In this document: piece by piece, positions 36,376 through 47,590 of the stretch
Layout of the letters: each line of letters begins with the position of its first letter
How positions within the stretch are numbered: the first letter of the stretch is position 1
Assembly: GCA_009602725.1 (NCBI GenBank)
Contig: WELB01000028.1
Coordinates: 234,323-282,140, forward strand
Direction: 5' to 3'
Length of the DNA stretch: 47,818 nucleotides
DNA from: Spirogloea muscicola
Lineage: Eukaryota
Notes under the pieces: generated by a model
What the model saw: the letters and a program-made list of their open reading frames with translations, nothing else
What the model was told of the DNA's origin: nothing
Database searches by the model: none
Position numbers and translations under genes: made by a program

Positions 36376-37270
36376 AAGAATGGACAAGGTCTGAAGGAGT
36401 CGGAGTGCTAAGGACTGAGACAGCAGTAAGCGACCGGGAAGGGGCCGCACCCTGTTCCCGGCGCCGCTGGTCAGCTTGACATGCCAGCAGCGAAAGGAAC
36501 GAGGACCACCGACCCCCGTAACACCCATGGATGTCCATGGCCAGGGGGTAAAATGGGCGAGCCCGTCTCTCGAGGGGTGGCGGAACCAAAAAACCAAAAA
36601 CCAAAAAAAAAAGAAAAGGTATCACCCGCCGGGTGGTCCTTGTACTTGTGCAAGTTCTTCTGTTCGGCCACCTTCACGTGCGCCTAGCCGTATCGCTTCA
36701 ACGCTCCCTTCTTGCCCACGCCGTTCCCACACGCGCGCAGGCCGTGCTATGGCCGCCGCCTCTGGGTCTCGGCGGAGTGCCTCTTTCCTCTTTCCTCACT
36801 CGTAACTACTAGCGGTCCATCCTCCCCCGTTCTGCCATAGCCTCTTCAGGCCCCGCAGTCGCTGCTTAGCTCGTANNNNNNNNNNNGCGGCAGGGGGCTG
36901 CCGCCGCGTCACTATGCGGGGACGAGGCGCCACGACCGCCTCGCACAGGTGCTTCGCCTGTAGGAACTCCGGGCTCCGACTTCGACGGCGGCGCCGTGAA
37001 AGCGCGGTTGGGCCGATGGGGAGCAGGGCGGCGGAGGCGAGGGCGGCGGCGGCGGGCGGCATGGCGACGGCGGGAGCTGCGGCGGGGGCGGGTGCGAGGG
37101 ACAGGCCGGGAGGGGCCGGCGCGCCGCGGACCCCATGGCGGGCGCCGCCCGCAGCGATGCCGGCGGCGGCCCGGGGTTTACAGCAGGTGACGTACATTTG
37201 TCAAAGTGATTGCCCTTGTACGTGGCCACACATGGCCTCCCCATCTCTTAATACACACGCATTACCGCGC
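36376..37270. mobile_element. Mosaic: family D UTR plus an RLE remnant (-), family B/A chimera (+), and a GC-rich putative element 5' end (-)
   Basis: KYKDHPAGDTF/YPLAMDIHG on -. RAGRAMAAASGSRRSA on + fused to the family A end. 37121-37180 is repeated at 47662-47720. Confidence 0.7.
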
Positions 37271-37271
37271 G

Positions 37272-38305
37272 AAGTGGCTCTCCCAACGGGGGCAAGGGCT
37301 GTGAAAAGCCAGCCCGAAAAGAATTGACAAAGGTTTGAAGGGGCCAAATGACGGAGTGGCCTAAAGCGATAAGCAGCTACGAAGGGGCCTGAAGATGCTA
37401 TGTCAGAACGGGCGAGGATGGACCACTCAGTAATTACGAGTGAGGAGCAAGCGCGGCCAGATTAACTGGTGGCTGGGAGAGGCCAGCCCAAAAGAATGGA
37501 CAAGGTCTGAAGGAAGTCGGAGTGCTAAGGACTGAGACAGCAGTAAGCGAACTCTCAGTAACCTCTCGTCAGTAGATGCAAATCTGAGTAGCTAGCAGGT
37601 GGAAAGACGTCGCCCTGACGGAAGCCGAAGGCCGCCGCCAGAAGAAAGTGCGCGCCCATAGAGAAGAGGGGCTGGCAAAGCCAGCCCAAAAAAGAATGGA
37701 CAATGTCCAAAGCCAAAGAAAGAGAAGCAAGTGCGCGCCCACAGAGAAGAGGGGCTGGCAAAGCCAGCCCAAAAAAGAATGGACAATGTCCAAAGCCAAA
37801 GAAAGAGGAGCCGGAAAAAGGACTGCACTGCAAAACACTGCAGAACATAGAAACGATGCAGAGGAAAGCTCAGTACCCACGAGTGAGCAACATCAGGTCT
37901 GAGTAGCTCGCTGCCAGGAAAGAAGTGGCTCTCCCAATGGGGGCAAGGGCTGTGAGAAGCCAGCCCGAAAAGAATTGACAAGGTTCGAAGGGGCCAAACT
38001 ACGAGCTAAGCAGCGACTGCGGGGCCTGAAGAGGCTATGGCAGAACGGGGGAGGATGGATCACTTAGTAGTCACGAGTGAGGAGCCTCACATCCGACAGA
38101 CTAGCTGCCGGTAAACTATCCCCCTGACGAAAGCCGGAGGCCGCGGCGAGAGCACGGCCAGCACGCAGATGCAACGGCGTGGGCCATGGACTGCTGGAGG
38201 GAGACGGACAAGCGCATACGATACACCTGAGCCCACGAGCCAGCGGCGTTGAAGTCAGCCGGCTCACCGCGCCTGCGGGACACAGCGCGCCGTGCAAGCC
38301 TGGCC
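37272..38305 (-). mobile_element. Head-to-tail chain of five 3' ends: A-B-B-D-A
   Basis: Successive C-termini DVRLLTRDY*, DLMLLTRGY*, DLHLLTRGY* and LLTRNY*, each followed by its own UTR and terminal hairpin. The B terminus is duplicated in tandem. Confidence 0.85.
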
Positions 38306-38324
38306 AACAGAAAAAAGAAAGGAG

Positions 38325-38905
38325 CCGGAGATCCAGCTGGGCGCGGACGGCCAGCCCCATACGCGACGCGCCGACCTGGTCGCCATCCCGCCCGGCGGCG
38401 GTCCCCACATCATCGCTGATGTGGTGACAACGGACTGCATCGACTCCGCCAATCCCACCAGATCGGCGTCGTTTGCGGGGCACGCGGTCGGCCGGCGGCC
38501 CGGGGCAAGGAGCGAAAATATGCTGATCACCCGGTGGGGGATGAATTCGCGGCCCTGGCGATGGATGTACACGGGGCTTTCGGCAGCCGCTGGCCGGATC
38601 TCATTCAGCGGCTTGCCCGCCAGGCCGTTGACCGGCGGCCGGGTCTGCCAGGGGCGATGCCCGGCTTCAACGCCGCCGGTTCGCTCGCACAAGTCTTCCG
38701 CATGCGCCTGGCCGTATCGCTTCAACGCTCCCAAGCCCACGCCGTCCACACGCGCGCAGGCCGTGCTATGGCCGCCGCCTCTGGGTCTCGGCGGAGTGCC
38801 ACTTTCCCTGCAGCGAGCTACTCAGACCTGATGTTGCTCACTCGTGGGTACTGAGCTTTCCTCTGCATCGTTTCTGTGTTCTGCAGTGTTTTGTAGTGTA
38901 GTCCT
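38325..38905 (+). mobile_element. Family B CRE fragment (RLE C-terminal half plus partial 3' UTR)
   Basis: HTRRADLVA..IIADVVTTD, GDEFAALAMDVHGAFG..RMRLAVSLQRSQAHAVH..YSDLMLLTRGY*. Confidence 0.85.
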
Positions 38906-39320
38906 GACAAAAGCCGGAGGCCGCAGCGAGAGCACGGCCAGCACGCAGATGCAAGGCGTGGGCCAAGGACCGCTGAAGGGAGACGGACAATCGCATACAG
39001 TATGCCTGAGCCCACGAGCCAGCGGCGTTGAAGTCAGCCGGCTCACCACGCCGGCGGGACACAGCGCGCCGCGAAAGCCTGGCCAGCAGGTCGAGCCGCT
39101 GGGACCCGAGAGCCCCCCGTGCACGTCCACGGCCAGGGGTACGAACTCGTCGCCAGCCGGGTGGTCAGAGTGTTTGGCCGCCTTGCTGCGAGCGGCCTTC
39201 GTGCGAGCGGCCAGCGTGGCCAGCCCGCGAGGCAGAGGGCCCCGGGTTGGAGCGGTCGACCACATCAGTGGTGACCGCATCAGCGATGATGCGCGCGCCG
39301 CCGCCCGGCGTGGACGCCTT
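38903..39320 (-). mobile_element. Family A-like RLE fragment lacking its 3' end
   Basis: KAARSKAAKHSDHPAGDEFVPLAVDVHG..RLSVSLQRSLAHALH, highly similar to 33195-33600. Confidence 0.85.
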
Positions 39321-39614
39321 GCTCTACCTTCAACAATTGTGTTAAGTGCATCTTTGTGAGCATACAGTAATGACAAAAGACCCGTCATTGGGCGACTATC
39401 GGTTTACTGGCCCTAAACCCCTTCATTGGGCGTTTCATTGGTTCAGACTCTGTGCGGTCGTTACTTGTTTCCAACCTCTTTTGCTTGACCGAGCAGAACT
39501 CTCGTCTTGTTGTGTGGCTGAGATATCAAGTTGGTCAAAGCAGTGCATGTACTTGAGATCGGGCCGGGCAGAATTATTGAATCTGTGCAGCCTCCCCCCC
39601 GAAGCCTTTGGCGT

Positions 39615-39795
39615 CTTTCTCCCTTTGGGCTGGCCTCTCACAGCCACTGCTGCTGTCAATCTGGAGGAGCTGTTTCTTTTCCTTTTATCTTTTTCTCTTG
39701 CCTTCCTTGTCCATTCCTTTGGGCTGGCCTCTCACAGCCACCAGTCAGTGTGGCCGCGCTTTCGCTTTCTTTTTCACAGCCCTCGCCCCCTTCTT
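39615..39795 (+). repeat. Three short tandem 3'-end units
   Basis: tttgggctggcctctcacagccac occurs twice, plus tttcacagccctcgccccc. Confidence 0.75.
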
Positions 39796-40349
39796 AAATA
39801 TCTCTTGCCAGGATCATGTGGATGGAATTCTCTCCACGTGCTGAGCAGAGTGGAGGCACTTCGGAAGCTGCAAGTAGTGTCAAATGTGTCTGCTGGGTGT
39901 GCTCCCTTCAGATTGGGTAGCACTGCTCATCTAGATGAGCTTGTGCAGACCACCGGAATGATAGAGATCGCATGTGGTCGAGCTCATATGAGCCAACTCC
40001 AGCTCTTATTCTACAATTTAGAGTTGTGAATGTCCTAAGCGAATATCAAGCAGCAGCTGGTGGACTGAGATGGTCTTCTAGTAGCGCTGTTGGCGGCTCG
40101 CAGCCAAGCGGCAGCTGCTGTTAGAATAAACAGATCAGCATGAATTGTCTACCTAAGGAGATTCCTAAGCATCCTGCAGGTGGAGCGAGGGAGTGTGTAG
40201 CAATGACAGGCGCCCTCATGAAAGAGGGTCTGTAGCGGGGAGGCCCATGGGGCGCGCCCCAAGGAAGGACCCCGCTGTCCTAGAGCTATGGGGAGAACAT
40301 GCTGGCAGCTATGCAACAGTGAGTGGCCATTGTGACAGTCATGAAGGCT

Positions 40350-43300
40350 TCAGGTGCCGTAGATGGTCATCTCTTGGAAGATGCGCAGCCGGCGCTGGCG
40401 CTTCACCTCCAGCTCTGCGGCAGTCGCCCCACCTGTAGTCAGCTGCGTTCCAAGATTCATGACATTGAGCGCGCTGCCGCCGCTGCCATCCCAGTCCCTT
40501 GTCGCTGCTGCCATTGCTGTCGCTGCCGTTGGCAGGGTATACGCCATTGCTGCCCCGCCGGCTGCACAGCGGTTGCCAAAAAAATCCAGTGCCTCTGGCC
40601 TGACAGCCCAGACGCTACCGCTGTCGCCAACGGCGGCAGCGGTCCGCAGATGGCCCTTGTCCTTGTCCTTGTCCTTCACCGGCGTGGTCACACGGTTGCG
40701 CTTCATGCTGCCATGGAGAGGCGGCAGGCCGCCATATGCCGGCATCCCAGGATCGTCACTCGCCGGCTGGTTCTCATTCTGCACCTGCTGTGGGAGTGGG
40801 GGCCCCCCAGCTGCAGCTCCCGGCAGCGGCTTCCCCTTGGCCAGTGTGCTGCCGGCGACCGAGTCTATGAGCGGCGGGAAGAGGGCGCCATAGCTGACTC
40901 GCCGGGCCCCCATGCGAGATGCGGGCATCGCAGCTGTGGCATAGTCCAGGCTGGAGGCGTCGGAGTCGCTCAGCGTCGGTGACGGCGCGCGGCTGGGCTG
41001 GACATACTCGTTGGTGCGATCGAAGGTGAGTGGCATCCGCGCAGTGGGGGCAGCCGTAGCGGGGACAGCGTCGCTGCTACCGTCGCTGAGGTACTTGCGC
41101 AGAGCACTGCTGTTGTGCCCACTGGCTGGCGGGAAGGTGCGGTTGCGCTCCAGTCGCGCAGGCGCCGCTGACTTTGGCCCTGCGACTGCTCCGTCCCTGC
41201 CACCATCACCAATGGCTTCTGTTGCCGGCGGCTTGGTGGCAGCTGCAGCAGCAGCTGCCGCCTGCTGCACGAGCTCTAGGCGCTGCCGCAGGGCCGCAGC
41301 GTGCCACTCCAGCTGGTGCAGGTGCGTGGCCTGCTGCCGGCGTGCGGCAGCGTCAGCACTCAGCAGCGGCGGCGGCTCCAATGGCATTTGCGGCTGCACA
41401 GAGAGCAGTGGCGGGAGGCCGCCGAGGTGGCCATAGAACATGTCCTGCTGCTCCATGGTCGGCGGCGAGGGCGTACAGTCGCCAGCCGACGGCGCGGACG
41501 AGCCATCATCCTCCCAGAAATGCGGTGGCTGAACCTGGGGGTGCGCCGGCGGCAGCACCAGGAGCTGCTGTGTGAGGTGGTGGGGGTGGACGCCAAACGG
41601 CGGCGGTGGCTGGGCTGGGAAGCCGCTATTGTGCGCTTGGAGCTGAAGCTGCGCCATGGCCTTGTGTCCGGCAGCGCGCGCCAGCGCCAGGCCGTACGAT
41701 GGTTCCTCACTGTCGCTGCTCTGCTAGTGTGGCCAAGAAGAAGAACAGCATTGGCGAAGAGTTACCGAGCCAGTAGAGCTCAAGCCTGGCAACGCTGTGT
41801 GCAGTGGTAGAAGATCGGTGGGACATGCCATAATTGGGCACCTCTCACCTGTTGGCTGGACATGCCATATGTACATGCCATCTTGTGGCACGATGCAGCC
41901 TCCTCATTTGCGACGCCTTCCGCCGTGGCCGCAGTTGGCACCAACGGCTGATCTGCCGCCAGCAGCGGCGGAGGCTGGTGCCAGAAGCTCGGCAGCAGCG
42001 GCGGAGGGCAGCTGTCGGCGCTTCCATCCTTGCTGGACAAGGGAGCGGCCAGGCCCAGCGAGGGCGGCGCTGCGGCAAGGGCAGTGGCCTCCTCGCGGGT
42101 GCTGTTGCCGTTGGATGCGGCCATGGAGAGCTCAAGCTCGCGCAGCATCTCCTGGGCGCGCTCGTATGACTTGACATGCGACTCTGAGCCCCAGCGTGCA
42201 TCTCCGCCGTCAGCGGTGACGCTGCGTAGCATGGCCCGCGCCTCGCCCAGCCGCCCCTGCTTCAGCAGGCAGATGCCAAGGTTGCACACCTTGTTGTTGT
42301 CCGGCTCGATTGACAGCGCCTTCCTGCACCGCTTGCAACATGCGCGGCAGGCTGCACGCCTTCAGGAGCCGCCCGCACCACTGGGGTTTTGAAGACTTGG
42401 GCACTGAGCGGTCTCTCATACAGACCCAGGCCGAGGAGCAAGGCCTTGAGGTTACAGTTGCTCTGGTGACATCATTGAGGCAGGCAAAGCAAGCTAAGGA
42501 GCTGGCAGCACAGTGGAGCTGCAGCAGACCTGTACACGGCCTCGGCGGCAGTGAAATCGTTCTGCTGCATGTATGCCCAGCCAAGATTTCCCTGTGCCAG
42601 CCAGGGGAGCCCCACAAATGCGTGGTTGGTCAGCCCAGGGCCACAAGCGGCGAGCCATGTACACACTCGCCAGCGCAGAAATGACGAAGCAAGCACAGAC
42701 TGCGATATCGAACAATGTTAAAGCGGCGGTCGCCCGAGCTCACCAGAAGGCGTGTGGCCTCCTGCTCAATGGAGACCTGGAACTTCTTGCCCTGCGAGCG
42801 CGCCGTCTTGGTTCGGCGCCCGTTGAAAGCCACGCCCTGGTGGATCAGGTTCAGCTTGTGCTTGAGCAGCGCAATCTGGTCGTCGAGCCGCCCGCACCGC
42901 TGCGCACACAACAACGCCACCGCCGTCGGCTGCGACTGGTCAGCGGCTGCGACCATGGCCGCTAGCTGGTTCCTTGGTCAGCTCGGCAGGCGTGCCATAG
43001 CTAACTGGACCACTGAACCTCCGTCAACGGCCGCACCTTGTAGAGGTCGAGGAGGACATTGTCGAGGCTCTCCTGCGCAGCGTCGGAGCACCGCGCACGC
43101 AGGCTGCAAATCGCCTCGATTGCCTCCTCCGGCCGGTTCTGCTGCTTCATGACAATCGCCATGTCCTTGAGCGCGCTGTCCACGCGGTCGCCCTTGTTGA
43201 TGGCGCACCAGAAGAGCGCGATCGCACGGTCCGGGTCCTTGTCCACAAGCTGCGGCGGCGCGGTGCACCAGCTAGGCCGCCGGTCATTTGCAGATGGAAA

Positions 43301-43528
43301 TGATGACAGGCAACTAGAGCAGACTTGCAGCTGCACTTGCGACAGAAGCACCAAAATCCCACATTGCACCGGTCACGCACCTGGACGTGCTTGGCACGGA
43401 CGTACGGCGAGTCCCCAACTGGCACCTTGTGAACGATGTGGAAGCTGCTGGGGAGAGCCGCCGGTGGGCAGCCGCCGCCGCCGCCGCCGCCGCAGCCGGA
43501 AGCGGGCCGCCGCGACGGCGGAGGCGGC
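40350..43528 (-). CDS. MS5/TDM1/POLLENLESS3-like (SDI1-family) TPR protein with a long low-complexity C-terminus; start lies in the N-gap
   Basis: FHIVHKVPVGDSPYVRAKHVQ|LVDKDPDRAIALFW.AIN.GDRVDSALKDMAIVMKQQNR, KTARSQGKKFQVS, GNLGWAYMQQ, PDNNKVCNLGICL and terminal RRLRIFQEMT. Confidence 0.93.
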
Positions 43529-43907
43529 NNNNNNNNNNNNNNNNNNNNNNNNNNNNNNNNNNNNNNNNNNNNNNNNNNNNNNNNNNNNNNNNNNNNNNNN
43601 NNNNNNNNNNNNNNNNNNNNNNNNNNNNNNNNNNNNNNNNNNNNNNNNNNNNNNNNNNNNNNNNNNNNNNNNNNNNNNNNNNNNNNNNNNNNNNNNNNNN
43701 NNNNNNNNNNNNNNNNNNNNNNNNNNNNNNNNNNNNNNNNNNNNNNNNNNNNNNNNNNNNNNNNNNNNNNNNNNNNNNNNNNNNNNNNNNNNNNNNNNNN
43801 NNNNNNNNNNNNNNNNNNNNNNNNNNNNNNNNNNNNNNNNNNNNNNNNNNNNNNNNNNNNNNNNNGAAGGAGGGCTGACGAGTCAGGGACACAGACACAG
43901 ACACAGT

Positions 43908-43942
43908 AGAGAGAGAGGGGGAGAGAGGGAGGGGGAGAGAGA

Positions 43943-44008
<66 letters not shown>

Positions 44009-44110
44009 CGGAGAGGGAGAGAGACGGAGAGGGAGAAGGAGAGGTAGAGGGAGAGGGAGAGGGAGAGGGAGAGGAGAGGGAGAGGGAGGGGAGAGGAGAG
44101 GGAGAGGAGT
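43908..44110. repeat. (GA)n/(GAGAGG)n purine microsatellite at the 5' end of the MS5-like gene
   Basis: Directly visible long GA tract. Confidence 0.95.
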
Positions 44111-44654
44111 AGGGGTTGGGGTAAGGGGGCTTCGGAGCTGAAGAGGGAGGAGGGAGGGAGGGGGGGGTGATTCGCAGCGCACCTCCCCCCACAACGGCTC
44201 TCTGCACGGGGCTCCTCCCTCTACCCGCTGCAAGTCCTCTGCCGGTCCAGCTCTTGAACCGCGGAGTCGGGGGCCCAAATGGGGTGGCCCAACAGTGGAA
44301 GCAGTGGTGCTTGGCCCTCTGCAACGACGGGGAGGGGGGGCTGCCGCCGGCAAGCTCAGCCTGGACCTGCAGAGGAGCGCTCAGGACGGCCCCCCCGTCC
44401 CCCTGGTTGCACCCAACGGCCAGGTGCGGTCGTCGGGCTCGACGACGGCGGGGCGTACGGCCGGCCCCCGCTCCGACGCGGCGAGGCGTAGGAGCCGACG
44501 CGGGCGGGCCGCAAGGGTGGGGCCCTTGGCCCGATTGCGGCCCCCTTCCTGGGTGACTTCGAACGTGACGGCACGGTGGGGGAACGAAGACGGCGTCGGA
44601 GCGGACGGAGCTCGCAGTCGGAGGGGAGACCAGGGAGAAGAAGATTCGAACATA

Positions 44655-47590
44655 TGGCAGTGGCTGTGAAAGGCCAGCCCAAAAGAGAGAAGTGCTCGCC
44701 CAAAGAGAAGAGGGGCTGGCAAAGCCAGCTCAAAAAGAAGGACAATGTCCAAAAGAAAGTGGAGCCGGAAGAGGAATACACTACAAAGCACAAGACGATG
44801 CAGAGGGAAGCTCAGTACCCGCGAGTGAGCAAAAGAGAAATTGCTCGCCCAAGGAGGGTAGGGGCTGGGAAACGCCAGCCCAAAAAGAATGGACAAGGAG
44901 CCAAAAGGTGAGGAAAAGAAAAACCACACAGCTGGACACTACATGACTGCAGAAGGAAGCTTAGTACCCACGACTGAGCAGCAGCAAGTCCGAGTAAACT
45001 CGCAGCTGGGAAAAAGGAATGTACAAGGCGAAGTAGCTCTTCTAGAGGAGAAATGAAGCCTGAAGAACCCTTCCAGTAGAGAGTGATGGCTGTAATTGGC
45101 CAGCCCAGAAAGAGCTAATCCATGTAAGGCGATGGCTGTGAGAGGCTAGCCCAAAAATATGTGCAGGGTCTAAAAGTGCTTGAAGGCGCTGAAAGTTCGT
45201 ACCTACCCTCCGTAACTTCTGAGAGTGACCGCTCAAAGACCTTAGTCAACAAAGTGCAGATCAGAATAAGTAGTGGAGGTGATAGTGGTGAAGCACAAAA
45301 TAGCTATACTGAATGCCACCTAAATAAGGAGACGAAGCTCTTTAAAGTAGCCATTTGCATAGCGGTGCCGTTTAGTGCTTTAACTCGCGCCCCTTCGGAC
45401 CGCACACACCCAGCACAGTGTGCCTCCAAGGCTGATCGTCCGCCGCTTCCATGGGGAGCCGGTGGACTTTCACGCAGCCGGGTCGCCAGCGCAGGTGTAT
45501 CGCATGAGCTTGGCCGTCTCGCTGCAGAGGTCTATGGCCCGCGCGCTGCACCTGCGAGCCGGAAGAGCCCTCGCTGCTGCCTCTGCTTAGTTTCTGGCTC
45601 TGGCCAGGGGACCCGCTTCCAGGAGCCAAGTTTCTCTGACCTGAGGCTGCTTAGCAGGGGTTACTGAGTGCTTTGTAGCTGCTTCATTTCTTTTTGTGCT
45701 TGTTTTCCTTAGTGCTTCCACTGGCCCTTCTCGTACTTTGTTCATTCTTTTTTTAAGCTGGCCTTTCCTAGCCCCTATCCTTTCTCTGCCTCGGCCTCCA
45801 ACCCAACTGCCTGATTGGGGTGCGCCAGTGTGAGTACGGCTTCTATGCAGAGGGTGCTGAGCTTGCCACTGACATGCTGAGATGCCCCACTGGACCAGAA
45901 GTGGTGGGCATCCACAACCTCCTCCGATGCCCTGGCGGGCTTGATTCGCGACGCCGGCTACCGTGCAGTTGTGGAAGTCAACGGCATCATGCCTATCACC
46001 ACGGACGCCCAGGGACGTCATCATCGCCGCACACTGAACATTGTGGGCGTGCAACTGGTGGAGGACCACGGGCCTTGGTCGATGTCGTTGTTACGGAGGC
46101 GTATAAAGGTCCAGCATCGACACACATCGCTGCCCACGCAGTGGGCGGTGCAGATCAAAGTAAGCTGCAGCACTACTCCGATTACCCACAATGCGACCAG
46201 CTCCTGTCAGCGGCAGTTGACATCTTTGGCTGTCTGGGTCCTCGCTTCCACACTCTCCTTCAGAATATTGCCAATTTAGGCTACACACGACGTGCAGATG
46301 TGTGTCCGGCTGAGATTGGCTTGCCAGCTGCATATCTGTTGTTCTTGCGACGACGAGTTTCGGCCTGTTTGCAGCTTGCTCAGGGTAATGCTTTGCACCA
46401 GAAAGCTGGGCGAGCTCTAGTTGGTGGCAGAAGGGCTTCGTATCTGACATCTAGCATTCAGGCATCGATTAGCGACCTTTATGTTTTGACCCGTGGTTGT
46501 TGAGCGGGTCAATCTGCTGTAGGTCATGTAGGTCTTAAGATGTGCTTGCCTTTGTACTTGGCCACTTGGCCTTCGTTTGTTCCAAATACACGAAATGTTA
46601 TCCTCAATGGGGGAGCCCTTCTTCGGACCCTGTCCAGTCTTCCCTGCTTTGGCCTTTTGCATCCACGCCCCTTTCAAAGAAGAAAGTGCGCGCCCATATG
46701 AAGATTCCTGCGCGCCCATAGAGAAGATGGAGCTGGCCAGCCCAAAAAGGAAGAAGGGCTCGCCCATCGAGGATAGGGGCTGGAAAAGGCCAGCCCAAAA
46801 ATGAACTAAGTGCAAGAAGGGGCCAGGGGAAGCACTAAGAAAAACAAGAGCCTTCTTCCGAGATCGAAGAAGTGGTTCTGCCAATGGGGGCAAGGGCTGT
46901 GAGAAGCCAGCCCGCAAAGAATTGACAAAGACGAAGGGGGCAAGTGCGGCCAGATTGACTGGTGGCTGGGAGAGGCCAGCCCAAAAGAATGACAAGGTCT
47001 GGAGGAGTGCTCGCCCACAGAGAAGAGAAGCTGGCAAAGCCAGCCCAAAAAGCCCTGTTCCTCTTTTTTGGGCTGGCTTTCCAGCCCCTATCCTCAATGG
47101 GCGAGCCCTTTTCTTCTTAAAAAGAAAACAAAGGTTCGAAATCCACGTAGACGGACGAGCACATTCATCCCAAGCAGTAGTCTTGGTGCCCATCGAGAAA
47201 AGCAAGCAGCTTGTGAGAGGCTCTTTGCGCTAAGAAAACAAGCACAAGAAGAGACTAAGCAGCTACGAAAAGAAAAGCTACGAAGCACTCAAAAACCCCT
47301 GCTAAGAGAGCAAGCGCCCTGCTAAGCAGCCTCAGGTCAGAGAAACGTGGCTCCTGGAAGCGGGTCCCCTGGCCAGGGCCGGAGGCAGCAGCGAGGGCTC
47401 CTCACTCGTAGTTAATAAGTGGTTCGTCCTACACCAGTTCTGAGTTGGCCCTTTTTCGTTAGCCTCTTCAGGCCCCGCATCGCTGCTTAGCTCGTAATTT
47501 GGCCCCTTTTCGAACCTTGTCAATTCTTTTCGGGCTGGCTTCTCACAGCCCTTGCCCTTGCCCCCATTGGGAGAGCCACTTCTTCTTTTT
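44655..47590. repeat. Large island of more than 15 CRE-family 3'-end fragments in both orientations
   Basis: Minus chain at 44655-45180, family C (+) at 45395-45785, G (+) at 45820-46575, minus chain at 46685-47050, C (+) at 47065-47115, C (-) at 47200-47395, A (+) at 47396-47583. Confidence 0.85.
45820..46575 (+). mobile_element. Family G CRE fragment: zinc-knuckle + RLE domain, frameshifted
   Basis: QCEYG..MLRC..HNLLR, IRDAGY..VE, ALVDVVVT, KLQHY, AVDIFGCLG, RVSACLQLAQGNALHQKAGRAL..ISDLYVLTRGC*. Confidence 0.82.

Noticed and set aside
35192..36394. Long + strand ORFs (400 aa, 209 aa) over the retrotransposon
   Set aside because: Antisense shadows of a GC-rich coding strand with no recognisable motifs.
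37540..37585. Hammerhead ribozyme core (CUGACGA) in the family D end
   Set aside because: No correctly placed stem II and GAAA. The bases simply encode L-T-R.
37645..37800. Vault/Y-RNA or H/ACA snoRNA resemblance (GGCTGGCTTT start, hairpin with internal loop)
   Set aside because: There are no Pol III A/B boxes and no ACA or H box at the right position, and the motif is contiguous with retroelement coding sequence.
37272..38064. CRISPR-like or TIGR-like repeat-spacer array suggested by recurring GGGCTGG..CAGCC units
   Set aside because: Spacing is irregular, islands have mixed orientation, no cas-like gene is present, and the units map to retrotransposon ORF ends and 3' UTRs.
43314..44324. 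ER/LS-repeat protein ORFs
   Set aside because: Translations of the (GA)n microsatellite and the adjacent gap.
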